NCBI RefSeq assembly: GCF_009914755.1
Contig: NC_060929.1
DNA length: 64,000 bases
Origin: the human T2T-CHM13v2.0 reference genome, Homo sapiens
Direction: 5' to 3' (one strand)
The position numbers were made by a program, and so were the translations under genes. Under the pieces are notes generated by a model. The model searched no databases. It saw only the letters and a program-made list of their open reading frames with translations, and was not told the DNA's origin. Positions 1 through 19,614 of the stretch are shown here, in pieces. Numbering within the stretch: the first letter of the stretch is position 1; every line of letters begins with the position of its first letter.

Positions 1-68
1 TATCCAAATACAGTCACACTGGGGCTTCAACATTTGAATTTTGAGGAGACACAATTCAGTCTGTAGCA
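1..68 (-). mobile_element. End of an MLT1-type MaLR LTR, cut by window edge
   Basis: Motif ...CCAAATACAGTCACA...CTTCAACATTTGAATTTTGAGGAGACACAATTCAGTCTGTAGCA resembles the reverse of the MLT1A-C 5' end. Confidence 0.65.
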
Positions 69-439
69 TCTCCAATACATAGCATTGCAGTGTTAACAAT
101 TGTAACAAAAAACTTCTATGTTAGACAGATTTACATTCCTTATAGCAATGCTATTATTTCTTTGGCCCTATAATGTCCTGATATTCCCTTTATTTAAGTT
201 TTTCGGTTTCCTCAGCATTCTTTACCCATCTTAATATGGAGTCTATTTGGGTCTCTCCTCTAATAATTATTACCATTTTTTTTCTAGAAAACTGTTTATT
301 CTTCTAGAAAACTGTTTTTTCTAGAAAATTGTTTTTATGCTTCTTAAAATCCTTAAACCTTTGATTAAGTCAATAAACTGCCAGAAATGCAAGCGATACT
401 TATAAGCATTTTTTTTACAGTGCATCAAGATAAAAATAG

Positions 440-821
<382 letters not shown>

Positions 822-948
822 AACTTACTTTCAAAAGGATTATGCAATCTAGCATCCTCTCCTTTACTTTCTGAATTCATTTCTGACTTTCCTTCTGCTT
901 CCTTATTCCAGTGCAAAACTGCATAATTCTTTAGAAAGAGCCATTACC

Positions 949-1568
<620 letters not shown>

Positions 1569-2039
1569 CTATTTTCAGTCCATGACTAACAACAATTATG
1601 AAGAATATGAACAGCCTTTCCCCCTAGTCCTTAGATGCTAATGTATTTTTTGACTGCTATGATCATTTGAAAACCATGCCCAGTTGAACTCTTAAATATT
1701 TCCAAGAACCTTATATAGACAAAGCATTTAACTCAGAGAAGCACTTAATTAAAGGTGTTTATTATTCAATAAATATCTAGCTCGTGCATTGTGTTTGGCA
1801 AGAATAGAAAGATGAGAAAAATACAGATTCTTCCCTCTGGGTGCTGGTTGGCTAGTGGGAAAGATATACATATGAACAAAAATAAAATATTCCTTCCTCA
1901 TGAATGTATCTGTAAGATACAAATGACTGGCGGTATTTCAAATATACTTGGACTGGGGATATAAATTCACATTGGTGGCAGGAAAACTCAATAGTATTGT
2001 CTAGGTTTGCTACCTTCAATTCCTCTTCTCCCATTTTGT

Positions 2040-3785
2040 CTCGAATAAACGCCAGGTAGGCTTTAACCCTCACAACTCTACTGAAACAGCTCTTGTCAGG
2101 GTCACTGGGTCCCTAGGTAATCTCAGTGTGCCCGTGGTCTAAATTTCATTGTAACATCTCACAATTGTGTTTCTCCACCCTGACTCTTTCCTCATCTGAA
2201 CTCTAGACCATTCATTGGAGTGTAAAATAAATGTTTCAAAATTATATCTAAAACTAAATCTTCAATTTTCTTTCACAAATCTTCCTCCATGGCCATTCCT
2301 CCATCCTACTATTCACCTTGCTGCTCAGGCCAAAAACCAAGAATCATCCTTCATTCTTCTCTTTACCTTAAATTCTTCAAAATTTTCATCAGCAAATTCT
2401 GTCAACTCTACCTTGGAATAATATTCCAAACCCAACACCTATCACCACCAATGCTCCCACTGCTCCAAACCATCACTATCTTTGCCTGAATCCTAAAATA
2501 GCCTCTCAACTGTTCCCTCAGCTTCCATTCTTTCCACTTTGCAGTTGATTCTCCACACAGCTGTCATAGGCATTCTGCTAAAATGTCAGCCAAATCGTTC
2601 ACTCCTCTGCTCCAAAATCCTCTAATAGCTCCCCATCTTACTCACAGTAAAATTCAATGCACTCAATGGCCAAAGATCTATGCAGTCTATAGTTGCCACC
2701 CCCCACCCCCTGAACTAATCACCAGCTCCTCTCCCCACCCTGATTGTGATCTCACCTCACTGGCTTCCTTGCTATTCTTCAACCGCACCAGGCATGCTCC
2801 TGCTTTAGGGCCTCTGCCTTTGCTGTTCTCTGCCAGATCTCTATCTGTATAGCTTGCTCCTTTAGATATGCACAGCTCACCTCCTTTAGATCTTTGTTCA
2901 GATATCACATTTTCAGACAGGACTTCTGTTTTAGACATGTTTCAATCAAAGAAGCAGAATTAGTTGAAAAGAGAAGGAGAGAGAGAAAATGAATTTGTTA
3001 CATGGATTTGACTTAATCAATTGTAGGAGCTCATTAACCAGACTCTGTAAGGCTGTTTTCTTTGCATTTCATGCTGGAGTTTGAAGTCTATAGATTAGAG
3101 AGTAGGAAGGAGAGATGGATATAAAGTTGAAGAGAGCCTGGTCAGTGGGCCGGAATCCAACAGGGCACGCTGGACCCCCTATCAGTTCTCATTGCCTCCA
3201 ACCAGATGATGGGGCTATCCTACATAAGAAGCCAGCTCCCTTCATCACAGAACTAAACACACACCTGACCCAGGAGTCAGAGAAGCTGCAGGAGGATGCC
3301 GGGGAAGGTGAACAGTTGCAGGCCCAGCTTCTGTGCTATATTAATGAAGTGAGCCAGTAAAAGGGCCACAGCATTACCTGTCCTGACTTTCTAAACATAA
3401 AAAACAACATGGTGGCTGTTTCACGTCTTCCCTCCAAATATTGCGCAAAAAAACACACAGGAGAGACATCATTCAGCCTAGTCAAGTTACACATTACAAA
3501 GCCACCACCTCTTTTATGATTGTTCAGTCTAAAATTGCAGCCCTGCCTCCAGCATTCAGTATCCTTCTCTTCTGCATTATTTCTTCTCCATGCCACTAAC
3601 ATTCTGTATATTTTACTTATTTGTTTTATTTAGCATCAGTCTTGTCCTACTTAAATGTGAGCTTCATGAGGATAGGGATTTTTTTTTTCATATTTATTCA
3701 CTGCTCGGTGTCTCATGCCCAGAAAAATGTCTAACACACAGTAAATATCTGTAAATATTTGTTAAATAGAAGAATAAATGAATTA
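2040..3785 (+). mobile_element. Degraded L2 3' portion, interrupted by an LTR
   Basis: Pyrimidine-rich L2-like text ending in an L2 3' terminus (...AAATATTTGTTAAATAGAAGAATAAATGAAT). Confidence 0.65.
2935..3510 (-). mobile_element. MLT2-like ERVL LTR inside the L2
   Basis: ...CAATCAAAGAAGCAGAA...AATTGTAGGAGCT...CTAGTCAAGTTACACAT...CCACCAC resembles reverse MLT2 LTR motifs. Confidence 0.55.
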
Positions 3786-4147
3786 TGTAAGCATTTAGAT
3801 GAAAAATTTTAATAACTGTAATTATGATTATTTTTCAATAAAACATTTACATACAGATTTTCTAAATGAAGCAAGTGAGCATTACAGATATAGGAAATAA
3901 ATTCACAATCTATAAAATAATAAGGGAGCTAAAGAACTAATGGCCTATAACTTACATTCACTCCCTGTTCCTTGGAAACAGGGAACAAGTTTATAGACAA
4001 TAGCAGAAGAGCAAAAAGGTTTTGTAAGATCTTTCATGTAATATATGGAAAAGTGAAGACAATACTTTGTTAAATAAAAAGGGCTGCTTATCACCAGACT
4101 TCTCACATTAAATAATTAGGCACTTAATAAATTTACTTGGCTGCTGC

Positions 4148-4300
4148 TTTTTTTTTTTTTTTTTTTTTTGCCTTTATTTTGAGACAGGGTCTGTGTTCTC
4201 TCACCCAGGCTGGAGTAGAGTGGTGCAATCTCAGCTCACTGCAACCTCCACCTCCCAGGCTGAAGTCATCCTCCCACCTCAGTCTTCTGAGCAGCTGAGA
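4148..4300 (-). mobile_element. Truncated AluJ right arm
   Basis: Poly-T then GAGACAGGGTCT...CCTCAGTCTTCTGAGCAGCTG; stops abruptly. Confidence 0.85.
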
Positions 4301-4761
4301 CCTTTGTAACAGCCAGCTTAAGGTGTAGCTGCAACCTTTGTAACAGCCAGCTTAAGATGACCTCTCATGGGAGTTAATCTGTCATCTCTGTGGGAGTGAT
4401 CAGTTTTACTGTAATTACTGCAACGGGTCTTGAGTCTAACGAATCAAGAATCAGCCTGGAAGGCAAGAATCTTCCGCTAAGTCATGTGGGAGATTGGGGG
4501 TAGGGTTGAAGGGTAAAACCCTGAAAGACCTCTGAAATATTCATTGGTCAGTTGGTATGCTGACCAGAAGGTGCCAACACAGTCCTCCTCATGGGAGACA
4601 TAGGTGAGAGGCATGGGAATGGTGCACTGAACTCTCAGGAATAAAACTGTTCCTACAGCAACATGCCTTGTGGTGAAATACTACGGGGTGTGAATTCCTA
4701 GACTGGGCTTCACAGTATGGCACAGGTCACTGGCAAACTCCTCCCTCAAAGAGGGCTTTGA

Positions 4762-5093
<332 letters not shown>

Positions 5094-5593
5094 ACAGGTT
5101 TATCTTATTACTTATTACATTACTCTGGTAACCTTATAACTTTATATGTATGATTTATGTGTTGTCTTTAAATGTTGGTCAGTGATAGGTTTAAAGGAAG
5201 ATCAATAAAAGAAGGAGAATGATGCCCAAGAACTTTGGAACTTAAGTTTTTAAATGTCAACTTAAAGAAATCAGACAGGGCACCTAGGAACATATATCTT
5301 AAAGACCAATTTGCATTCTACATGCCTGTTATCAAATGGATACCTCCTTTATCTAGCAATATTGCTTTTACTCAACAGCCTAATAACCTGGAAAGTAGTA
5401 AAACTAAATGTGTATCTTATTGATAAGCCATCAAAAATATTATAATATTTCACCTTTCTCATAAAATACATGCTAAAAAATGTATTAGGATATTAACATA
5501 CAAGTTTACCTCTCTAGTGGGATGAGCTATGAATCCAAAACAAGATGATTCCTTTGGTCCTTTCAAAAGTAGCATTGTAGCATAGAACTGCAG

Positions 5594-5625
<32 letters not shown>

Positions 5626-6289
5626 TATGGCAGTTTTCATAAATAAGGACTTATCCTCGAGCCTTTCACACATGTCTTTAGTTCTCTTTCTAGGGTTTTA
5701 AAGTAGCATAATTTATTTATAATCCCTTAAAGATTGTAAAGAAAGAAAGAAACTGTATAACAGCATCAACATGCATTAAACAAACCTCATTTTTTCATTC
5801 CTGGAAACATGATAAAAATTAAAATTACTATGAAATAATCATATTTTTCTCCCAGAAGTGGGGCAGTGTTTTATTTAGCTTTGAGTTCTCAAAGTTAAGG
5901 CTAGTGCCTGGCATATCATAAGTGTTTTATAAATGTTTTTAACCTGTGTTGTGCCATGAGGCCCAGTCCAGGAATTCATACCTTGTAGTATTTTACCACA
6001 AGGCATATTGCTGGAGGAACTGTTTTATTGCTCTGAGAGTTCAGTATTCAGCCATTCCCATGCCTCCCGCCTATGTCTCCCATCTAGAGGACTGTGTTGG
6101 CACCTTCTGGTCAACATACCAACTGACCAACACGGCATATGACTATATGGCATATACACGAAATATGTAGCTACATGCCTGTGTTGTTATTTAAAGGCAC
6201 ACTCTAATAATTATCAAATGACTGTAAATGTACTACACACGTGGCTTACACCAAAATATTTGAGATAATGTCAGTAGCACATTATATTG

Positions 6290-6850
6290 ATTACAATGCT
6301 TTCAGCTGCTAGGAACAGAAAGGTTTGTCTTACTTTGTTAAAACAATACGAAGAAACATTTTCACATGGTAAGAAGTCATGAGGTAGGGTGGGTTCAGGG
6401 CTGGTAAATTCAGCAGCCCAATGATATTTCCAAGGATGCTGGTTCTTTTCATGTTTCTGCTTTGCCTCTTCAGTATATCAGTCTCATCCTCAGACTAACT
6501 CCCCAACCCCTGCCAATGGATAATTCCAGGAATTAATAGAACATTCAGAGACAGAAGGGAAAGTCCGAGTTTCCTTTTAAGATCACGGAAAATTTTCCCA
6601 GAATCCACCATTCACACATCCATGAAACTTCTCCACAGGTCTCATTGGCCAGAAGTGTGTCACATGCTTTTCCTGAACCAATCATTGTCAATGGTGATGA
6701 AACTGCTATTGGTGGTTTAGAGCAATCAGGATTACCACATTCCCACACCTGCCAAGATGCAGAATATGTGGCCAGGTGGGAAAGAAGGACACTTGAACAA
6801 AATGAGGATTTTACAAAGATGGAGGAAGGGGAAATGGCCATTGGGCAGGC
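6290..6850 (-). mobile_element. Old MLT1 (J/K/L-like) MaLR LTR
   Basis: Degenerate motifs such as TCTCATTGGCCAGAA..GTCACATG and ACCAATCA typical of old MLT1. Confidence 0.55.
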
Positions 6851-8283
6851 ATGCAATGCATCTACTACAGGAGTAGAAATATAGCATTTCTAAATCTTTA
6901 ATTATAATGAATATATTAGTCACAATTAAATTTTTAGCAATATTCTTTTCTGGCAGAATTTTATCTTTTTATTATATGAGGAGAGTTAGGGGTCAACATC
7001 TAGGCATGGATGGAAGTGAGACTGTGGAGATCAGCTCATTCTTTATAACATTAGCAGCAGGAGAAAATGAGAAGGCAAATAGGGGGTCAAAAAAGGGAGG
7101 CAGAAGGGCCTGTGGCACTTAGAGGAAACTCTTCTGCCATCTGCAAGTGTGAGCCGGCTTTTGCTGGACAAAAGACGTGATCTGGGATGAACTGTTTGCC
7201 CAGCCTGGGGAGCCTGCTGATTATTGGCTGTACATGTAACCTGGAAGGTTCTGGTTCTGTGAATTGAGCAAAAAATCTACCCACAACATTTGGAAGTACA
7301 AGTGGTGTCTCCTCAGAGAATAATGGTAGGGGCAGAGCTCTCAGAGCAACCCTGCTCTGAACTGACTTCCAGCGAGCTGGAGTTGGTAAAATAGAATGTT
7401 GTCAAAAACTTGGTCTCAAGAGTCTTGATCTCAATGTTGGCATATAAGGATATTATATTGTATGGTATTATCTCTTATGTTATACTCTGTTGTGTTGTGG
7501 GATTTTATATACTATATATCTACATTTGTATCTACACCCACACACACCTGTATGTGTAAGAAAAGGAAAGAGGGAGTTGGGAATGCATTACCTGTCATTT
7601 GAGCAGTTTTGGCCAGAGGCAAGAGCTTCAGGGAACTCCTCTTGTGGTTCAGCTGTTCCAGCACATAGAGTGCCTCTGCAGTTGCCTTGGTGTGGCTGTG
7701 GGATCCCTGCTCTCCACATAGTCCTCCTCCCTCTGAGCAGTGTGGCCCACTTAGGGCTCCTGTAAGTTTCCTGTGAAGTCCTGGGCAAGCTACTTTTCTC
7801 CTCAGGATGCTTTGTCCTGCCAGCCAAGTCATGTCCCGTTGAGGTGATGGGAGATTGAGTCTTTTACACAGACATTTGCAAATGAGGGCTCAAACTTGAA
7901 TCTACAAGTTGGTGCTGGTGGCAAAAACTTGCAGGTGTCTGTTCCCATCTTCTAGCACTCCCCACCTCAGCGTCCATTCGACATCTTTCCAGCTTGCAGA
8001 AACTCTCTGGTCTCCTTTGAGTTTCTGTCTTCTCTGGGGTTCAGTGGGAGCCACGACATGTGTGGACCCTGGAGCTAGGGGTGGCTGGGAGCCTCAGATC
8101 ACCCTGGATATTGCATAAAGGGTCAGGGTTCAATGGCACTGGCAGAAACCTCCAAAATGTGTTTCAAATCCATCAGCTTCTCTCCACATCCTAGGGAAGG
8201 GTCCATCCTTTCTTCCTGGACTATTGCTGGTGTCTCTTAACTAATCTTGCTATGGCTCCCACAATCTGCTCTTCATATTGTAG

Positions 8284-8715
<432 letters not shown>

Positions 8716-9304
8716 AGCAATATTCTTAATTGCCCTATGAGAATGTAGGAAGACATTTCTGAAACAATTAAGATGTTGTTGTTTTCTAAAAATAATGTTT
8801 TAAAAATGCTTGTTCACTTTTTTCTCTTTTTGTATTGTTAGCAGCGGTCTTCATGATTATCTCACTCATTTTAGTTCATATTATTATGTACTCACAATAT
8901 TTCGTTTGTTTTCTTCACTGAAAAGCATTTTTTAATCCACACTTTTCTATGTACTTTGTATACAGTTGTGAACGAAATAGACCAAAATTCCTGCCCTTAT
9001 GGGGTTTACATGGTGTTACTAGTAGGATATGCCTCATATGAAAGGCATTTTAATAATGGGTAATAATTTTAAAATATAAAATATCAATTTTTGATAGCCT
9101 GAAAGAACAACCCAGTTTCTTGAAAGTTATCCTGAAAAAAAAATAGGTAAACATGGATGCAAAACTATTCATTAAGTAGCTGCTCACCACAGTAGTCTAT
9201 AACAGGGAAAAATTGAATACAGTCTAAATGTTCAAAAATCAGAGACCTAGCTAGGAGAGAAAATTGTGTGTCTGTATAGATAATCATTAAAAATAATCAT
9301 GCTA

Positions 9305-10738
<1,434 letters not shown>

Positions 10739-10981
10739 ATGTTTTCCATATTTTTATTTTCAAACATGTATTGACATGATAAATTAAAAGGGAGCAAATT
10801 GAAGTCATCAATGCTGACCTGAAAGTCTCATTATAATAGCATCAACCATTTATTTAGTGTTTTCCACGTGCCAGTCAATGCACTGAGCACTTAACATTTG
10901 TTAGCTCACTTAATCCTTTCAACATCCTTATAGGTTAGGCAAGCCATGTTCTCCATTTTCTCCTCAGGCTGTAAATGATAA

Positions 10982-11383
<402 letters not shown>

Positions 11384-12058
11384 AGAGTCTGGTTTCTTAA
11401 CCGTTGATGCTTTTCTGCCTACAAATACAGACTGTTAAAAGCAGGTTGAATATGGCAGAAAATCAAGGAATTAGATCACAAAACTTAGGGAAAAATATAA
11501 AGAGATAAGCAGAACTGTATCAAGAAAGCAAAATGACTAGAAGCTTCTCCAATGTAAAATAAAATGATCTTTTTAAAAAAACCTAAAAGCTGCTTCATAA
11601 ACATTTATTGGATTAATAAATATGTAAAACACTACTGGTTTGGCTAAAAATTATTTAAAGAATAACTTTCAACTTTTCAATTCATTAATCAGTTGTGGAA
11701 AAATCCTGTCCATTGCTTCTTTTATTTCCCCCTTTCTGTTGCTGAGATTAACTCTTTAATAACCGGAGATACAACAAATGTGTATTACCTGCTAATTGAC
11801 TACTATTCTACTAAGAATGATTTTATGGTGAAAAGGTTAAGACTATTCTAATAGAAAACAGTCTTTTTCTAAGTTTTTGTTTTTGTTTTTTTGTTTTTTG
11901 TTTTTGTAGTTTTCACCCAGTGCAAGAAATCATCAAAAGACAAATGGGATATACACTAATAAAACAAAACAAACATGATCTCTCTACTAACACCATTTAT
12001 AGTCACCTAGTTGGAAAGAAAGACCATAGCTCATGATTAGAGAGAGCTGTTAGAGAAT

Positions 12059-12730
12059 TGTATGAGACACCTCCTGTGCACCACTTCTTAGCCTCTTTTC
12101 CTTGCCTCTTAATCCTGTCACAACTTTGGTGACCAGTAGCAAGTTCTACCACCTTCATGCTCAGCCTGTCAGCAACAGCACCTCACCTCAGCCTGTTTTG
12201 AGTACCTCTTACTCCCTATCCCGGGGTCTCTCTGACACCGTCCCAGAGGACATTCACAGAACTCACTTAGCACTCACACGAATACAAATGCACATGTATG
12301 AGTCTTCTGCTCCCCAGGGGAGTTGCCCTCTAGAGACTGCATCATCCACCCTCTCTTGCCCTCTGGCTAATTGTGTTCACCCAGTGAGAGGCAATGGCAG
12401 GAGATCAGCGGGCAAAAAAAAAAAAAAAGGTGGATCATTTCTTCTTTCATTCCTGTCCTGTTCCAGTAGAAAGTTCCCATGGCGACTCTGTTGCTTTATA
12501 ACTACAGCTCCTATGGGCAATCCCTCTTGCTTGCGTCAGCACATCAGCACGTAACAGGCCATTTCCTCCCCTGGTCCCTTCAGGCGGGGCAGTGATAACA
12601 TTCCATTGTTGCTAGTCCCTGGATGCCTCAACAGTCCTTGCTGGTTCCCTTAGCCCTACCTACACCTCTGTAAATAGCTCTTTTACTAAATTATCTTCAA
12701 AATCTCAGCTTAGCATTCCTTCTGTTACAA
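12059..12730 (+). mobile_element. Old ERVL-type LTR (LTR33/LTR16-like)
   Basis: TG...CA-bounded block with CCTTCAGG..GGG..GTGATAAC..TTCC..TGTTGCTAGTCCCTGG and a degenerate poly(A) signal; subfamily uncertain. Confidence 0.5.
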
Positions 12731-12840
12731 TTACAGACAGTCTTTTAAGAGCTAATAAGCTACCTCCTTTGTAAGAAAAGTACAGGCAAAAAGAATACAA
12801 GTAATAAATTAGCATAGTTTAATCAATGAACTCTATGCTA

Positions 12841-13503
<663 letters not shown>

Positions 13504-13618
13504 AGGGAGAAAGAAAGAAAAGAAAAGAAGAGAGGAAGGAAGGAAGGAGAGAAAGAGAGGAAGAAGGGAAGAAGGGAAGGAAGGAAGGAAGGAAGGAAAG
13601 AGAGAAAGAAAGAAAGAG

Positions 13619-13663
<45 letters not shown>

Positions 13664-13713
13664 AAGAAAGAAAGGAAGGAAGGAAGAAAGAACGAGAAAG
13701 AAAGAAAAAGAAA
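13504..13713 (+). repeat. Polypurine (GAAA)n/(GGAA)n tract from an Alu tail
   Basis: 13504-13692 is 189 nt of only A and G; one C at 13693. Confidence 0.95.
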
Positions 13714-15581
13714 TTGAGCTTATCAATACAAGTCAAAAGTTTGATAGGGAAATGAGATAAAGATCATTCTTATTTCTAAAGCTGAAGATACAATTACAAG
13801 GCTAGTCAAAAGAAATCTAAATACAAGAAATGGACTTGTATTTATTGTTTTTGATGTTTAACCAAATTAACTCTTATTGTATCCACATAAACAGTTCCTA
13901 AACATGGTCCTGGGAAGAGATACGGTGAACTAGCAATATTATTCATTCTAACAATATGTTGTCAGCAATTCACATGTCTGAAATGGTCATAAACAATGAC
14001 TTCAAGTCTAAACACTATTAGCACAGGTCTCTTGATTTACGAAAACTGTGATAAATAAATGAGCTTTTAGTAAATACTAACGATAGGCCAGGCCCTGTGC
14101 TGATGTGTTCGTGTATACCATCTCCATTTATTTTCTTTAAAACTGTGCTGGAATGCGCAGTTGTCATCTTATTGGACGCTCTCTTTCACAGAATTCCCTT
14201 CTCTGTATTGTTCCAAATTAGAGTTGGGCAAAGAGCTTGTTTAAGATTTGGAAGGCAGAGCAAGCAACAACAATGACTCTTGGGAGATTGTCAGACAAAA
14301 TAAGAAACAGATGCAGAGGTGCCCAGCAGGTCCCAGCTTGTCTTCTCTGTCCCCTGACCAGCTGTGGCCCCAGGCTCACCATGCGATGCTTGCCTGTGGA
14401 CTAACACAGCCTGTATCTTAGATGAGAAAATATTTTCTCCTGTACCACCTTACTCAAGAATCAAATCCTCCAGAGGTAGGGGGTGGGAATCCAGTCAGTC
14501 TAGCTTGGCTTACTTGCCTTCCCATGAGGACAAGCACTTTGATATACAAGGGATTGCATATTGAGAAATAGGTAACTCCTGGGAAAGGAAATTAAGGCTA
14601 GAGAAAGGGGAATGGATGCTAAGGGCCAAAAATAACAAGAATATCAAGTGTCCAGCCTATGCATTTACCCACTATGTTCTGTGTCACTGACTAGCTAATA
14701 ATAATAAACAAAATTTATTCAGTACCTTCTCTGTGCCAGTAACTCAGAATTTATATGTACTATCATATTTAATCCACACAATAATCATAGAAGGTAGGTA
14801 CTTTTCTTTCTCTGTTTTCTCCTGTAAACTGTAACTGACCAGAGATGGATCTAGTTAGAGGTTTGACTCTAATATCAGAACTACTAGATTTTCAACACCA
14901 ATTTTGCTAATTTAGGGGAAACTTTGCTGGAATTTTTATGAATCCATCAAGCAATAATCCCAGTACTGCTAATGTATATTGTAGTGACTAACTATATAGC
15001 ATAAATCTGATCCTTCATTACATAGGAGAGTTCTAAGCTGCACGAGATATTTTATTTTATATTATTTGTTAAAGTTAAAATTTAAAAACCTAGTTTTTCC
15101 TTAAGCTTTTAATTATAATTCATAAATTCTATGTTCTATTTAGTGAATTTTAACACTCACTTTTAAGGGAGCTTTTATATATTAGTTAATCTAATGCTTT
15201 AAAATATTTTTAAACTGAACTTAAAAGTATATTACTTTTTTTAACTTTTAGTATTACAATTGACTCAAAAATCTCTGTATCAAGTAATTATTTTTTAACA
15301 GTTTCGTTGAGATATGATTCACATGCCATACAATTCATCCATTTAAAGTATAAAATTAAGGTGTACAACTCAAAGTACATAATTAACTGACTTTACTATA
15401 TTTCCAAAGATATGTAACCATTATCGCAATCAATTTTAGGACATTTTCATCACCTCACAAAGAAATTCCTCACTGCTTAGTCAAGTGATTCTTATAAATC
15501 AGCTGAGTTAAATTTATAGATAAGGTTAATCTTAAATTCTCTTAATTGTTCTAATACTCCATGAACTTAGTGAGATTTTAA

Positions 15582-16265
<684 letters not shown>

Positions 16266-18650
16266 CGGCTACTCATTTTAAATTGGAATCATGGGACCCT
16301 TCTAATAGGCCAAAATACCTAAGACATTATAAACATCTAAGTATAGATTATTCCTTAACAAAAAAATTTAGTAACATGGTTTTGATTTACTTCATCATTT
16401 TTACATTTAATTCCAAATCTTCCCTGAGCTAAAAATACACCTGCCCACTAAAGAAAAATTATGTCAAACAAACATAATTTTGAGATTTGCTTTCTAGAGC
16501 AAGTTTGGGGAAATATTTTCTTCGCTAGATGAAAATGCATACCAATAAGACATTTTGGCCAGGGTTTGAGATCTAGAACTAGAAACACACTCAGAACAAC
16601 TTATCTCATACTGGTGAGTGACAAGTCATGCCCAATTTGATAGACACTATATCAAGAGAATTGGCCGTTGGTGGCTTAGTGGCAGCTGAAGGAAGGGAGT
16701 TTGGAATAACCTAGAAGACAGAGAGGCCCAAGTCATATGGTGGCAGGCAGAGCCCAGAACCTTGTACAAAAAGAAATTTTATATGATGAAAGAAGCTGAG
16801 GAATTTTCGGACAGGAATGTGTGACATTTTGTGTTGTAATTACTCTGTATTGTTGTCATCCATCCTTCAGCAGAAGTATAATATGGTTATGTTTGAAGCA
16901 TAAGAGGACAACTGGATAGCCAAGAGTGATGTAAGGAAGCACCAGCAATGTAAGCATTGATGCAGGCAGCAATGTAATTTGATGCAGTTGCAGAGAGCAC
17001 TCCCCTCTCCAAAATATCCTTGGTTTATTAGAGAGGGCTCTGACTGCTGTGAGTGGGATGGAGGCTTGGGCGAAGTTATTTGGATATTATAGGAAAGGGT
17101 GAAGGATGAAGGACTTCAGAACCCCCAGGCAGCAAAGACTTGAGTTAAAGGAGAATGTAACCACATGCTTCTTAAGGAAAGTTTATTCCTTAAAAGTAAA
17201 TGAAATAGAGAAAAAATATGGAGAAGAGATGATGGGTTATTTCCTATCATTGTTTCTAAGAAGTCATTGAGTATCGAATTTATGCTGAGTTATAGAATTC
17301 TACACAGTTACATTCAGCTACTCAGCAGCTCAGCAACCAAAGAAAAGGATTTCTACATCCTCTTTTTTTTTCACCAATGCTGATGAAAGAAGGTTTCAGC
17401 CCCTCATGTCATGAGGGAGGAAATGAATCATTTGGCTGCTCCAGCACCTACTTACTTCCCTTGAATTGCATCAACAGCCCTAAGATTTTGAATTTGGGTC
17501 TTTGTAATTAAATGGAATGTTCTGTCAATTTTTCATAAGAATTGTTTATCTTCATAACCCTCTGATTTGGCTTTATATAAAGACTTTTAAACAGTGTTTC
17601 ATGTGGGGCTGTGCTCATGCGGCCCCAAACATCTGATCTGTTTGGTGAAGTCAGTCAAGTCACTGGCTGAAAATAATAGAAACAGATAAACTGGCTACTT
17701 GTCATCATGAAGACTCAAAAATTGGGCCTTATTTCCCACTTTTAATAAAGATACTTTTAATATTAATTACATAAATAGCCCTTTGTATGTAAACCAGGCT
17801 ATTTGGGTTTGGCACCTTGAGCCCCTAACTATAAAACAGATTTTGAAGAAGCAGTGTCACTTTTATTTTCCTCTCTGCCTCGGTGTTTTGTTAGTAAAGG
17901 GATACAAAAGAAGAAGAGCGAGCTGTGCTTCGTGACACTGTGCCCTAGCTTCTGGGAGCTCTTTCACTCGAACCACCATGGTTATCCTGGCCATGCCTAG
18001 CATTTGTCCTACCTAGAAATCCGCCAACTCCCCCACAGAGAAGTCTGTGAATGCCTAGTGAAAGAAGTTGAAAAAATGTGACTCTCGATTAGTAACTCTT
18101 CACACAACCTTGGTAAGCCATTAAATTTACCACAAATTAAATTTTGGTGGCATTTTGTACCTAGCTCTGCAGAACAATTCCTGCTGTTAACAGACTTAAC
18201 AGTCTACTGAATATCTGCGTGGCTTCTCAACTGCTTTGGGGATAGGAGGTGTAGATGGACAATTACATTAATTTCTGCCTGGGAAAGAAGAAATATTCAT
18301 GCAAGATTGAGCAGAAGTATCATAATGAGTTTGCTTTGTTCTTTTACCGAGAAACACAGCATCCTCTGCATTGCACTTCTTCATATGAAAAAGTGTTTCT
18401 CCACAGAGTGGAGAAGTTCTTTTGGGCCTCGGTATAGGCCATGTCAGCTGCACAGTGAAAACCAAGAATGTGGCATTCCTTGCAAAGAAAGGAGATTCAT
18501 TCTGAAATTGCTTCTCAACTTTCACGTAAATTATGCCCAATATTTTAACACAATGACAGTACAATCAGCTTTCTACTTCAGAATGTGTTGAGTTTTTTCC
18601 CTGTCTTCATGCAATTGTGAAGTACATATGAAACCAAGTGGGTAAATACA

Positions 18651-18829
18651 GTGTTATGGGCTGAATTATATTCTTCCAAAAGTTCATGTGTTGAAGTCCT
18701 AACCCCAGTTCCTCACAATGTGACACTATTTGGAGACAGGATCTTTACAGAGGTAATAAAGTTAAAATGAGCTAATTAGGGTGGCTCCTAATTCAACATG
18801 ACTGGTTTCCTTATAAAAAGGGAAAATTT
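18651..18829 (+). mobile_element. 5' half of an MLT1 (A/B/C-type) LTR
   Basis: TGTTATGGGCTGAATT...GTTGAAGTCCTAACCCC...TTTGGAGA.AGG.TCTTTACAGAGGTAAT.AAGTTAAAATGAG; cut off by Alus. Confidence 0.8.

Positions 18830-19614
<785 letters not shown>

Noticed and set aside
6143-6156. 14-nt match CTATATGGCATATA to SNX2 exon 5
   Set aside because: Similarity does not extend convincingly; a 14-mer match in 64 kb of AT-rich DNA is plausible by chance, so no pseudo-exon is called.
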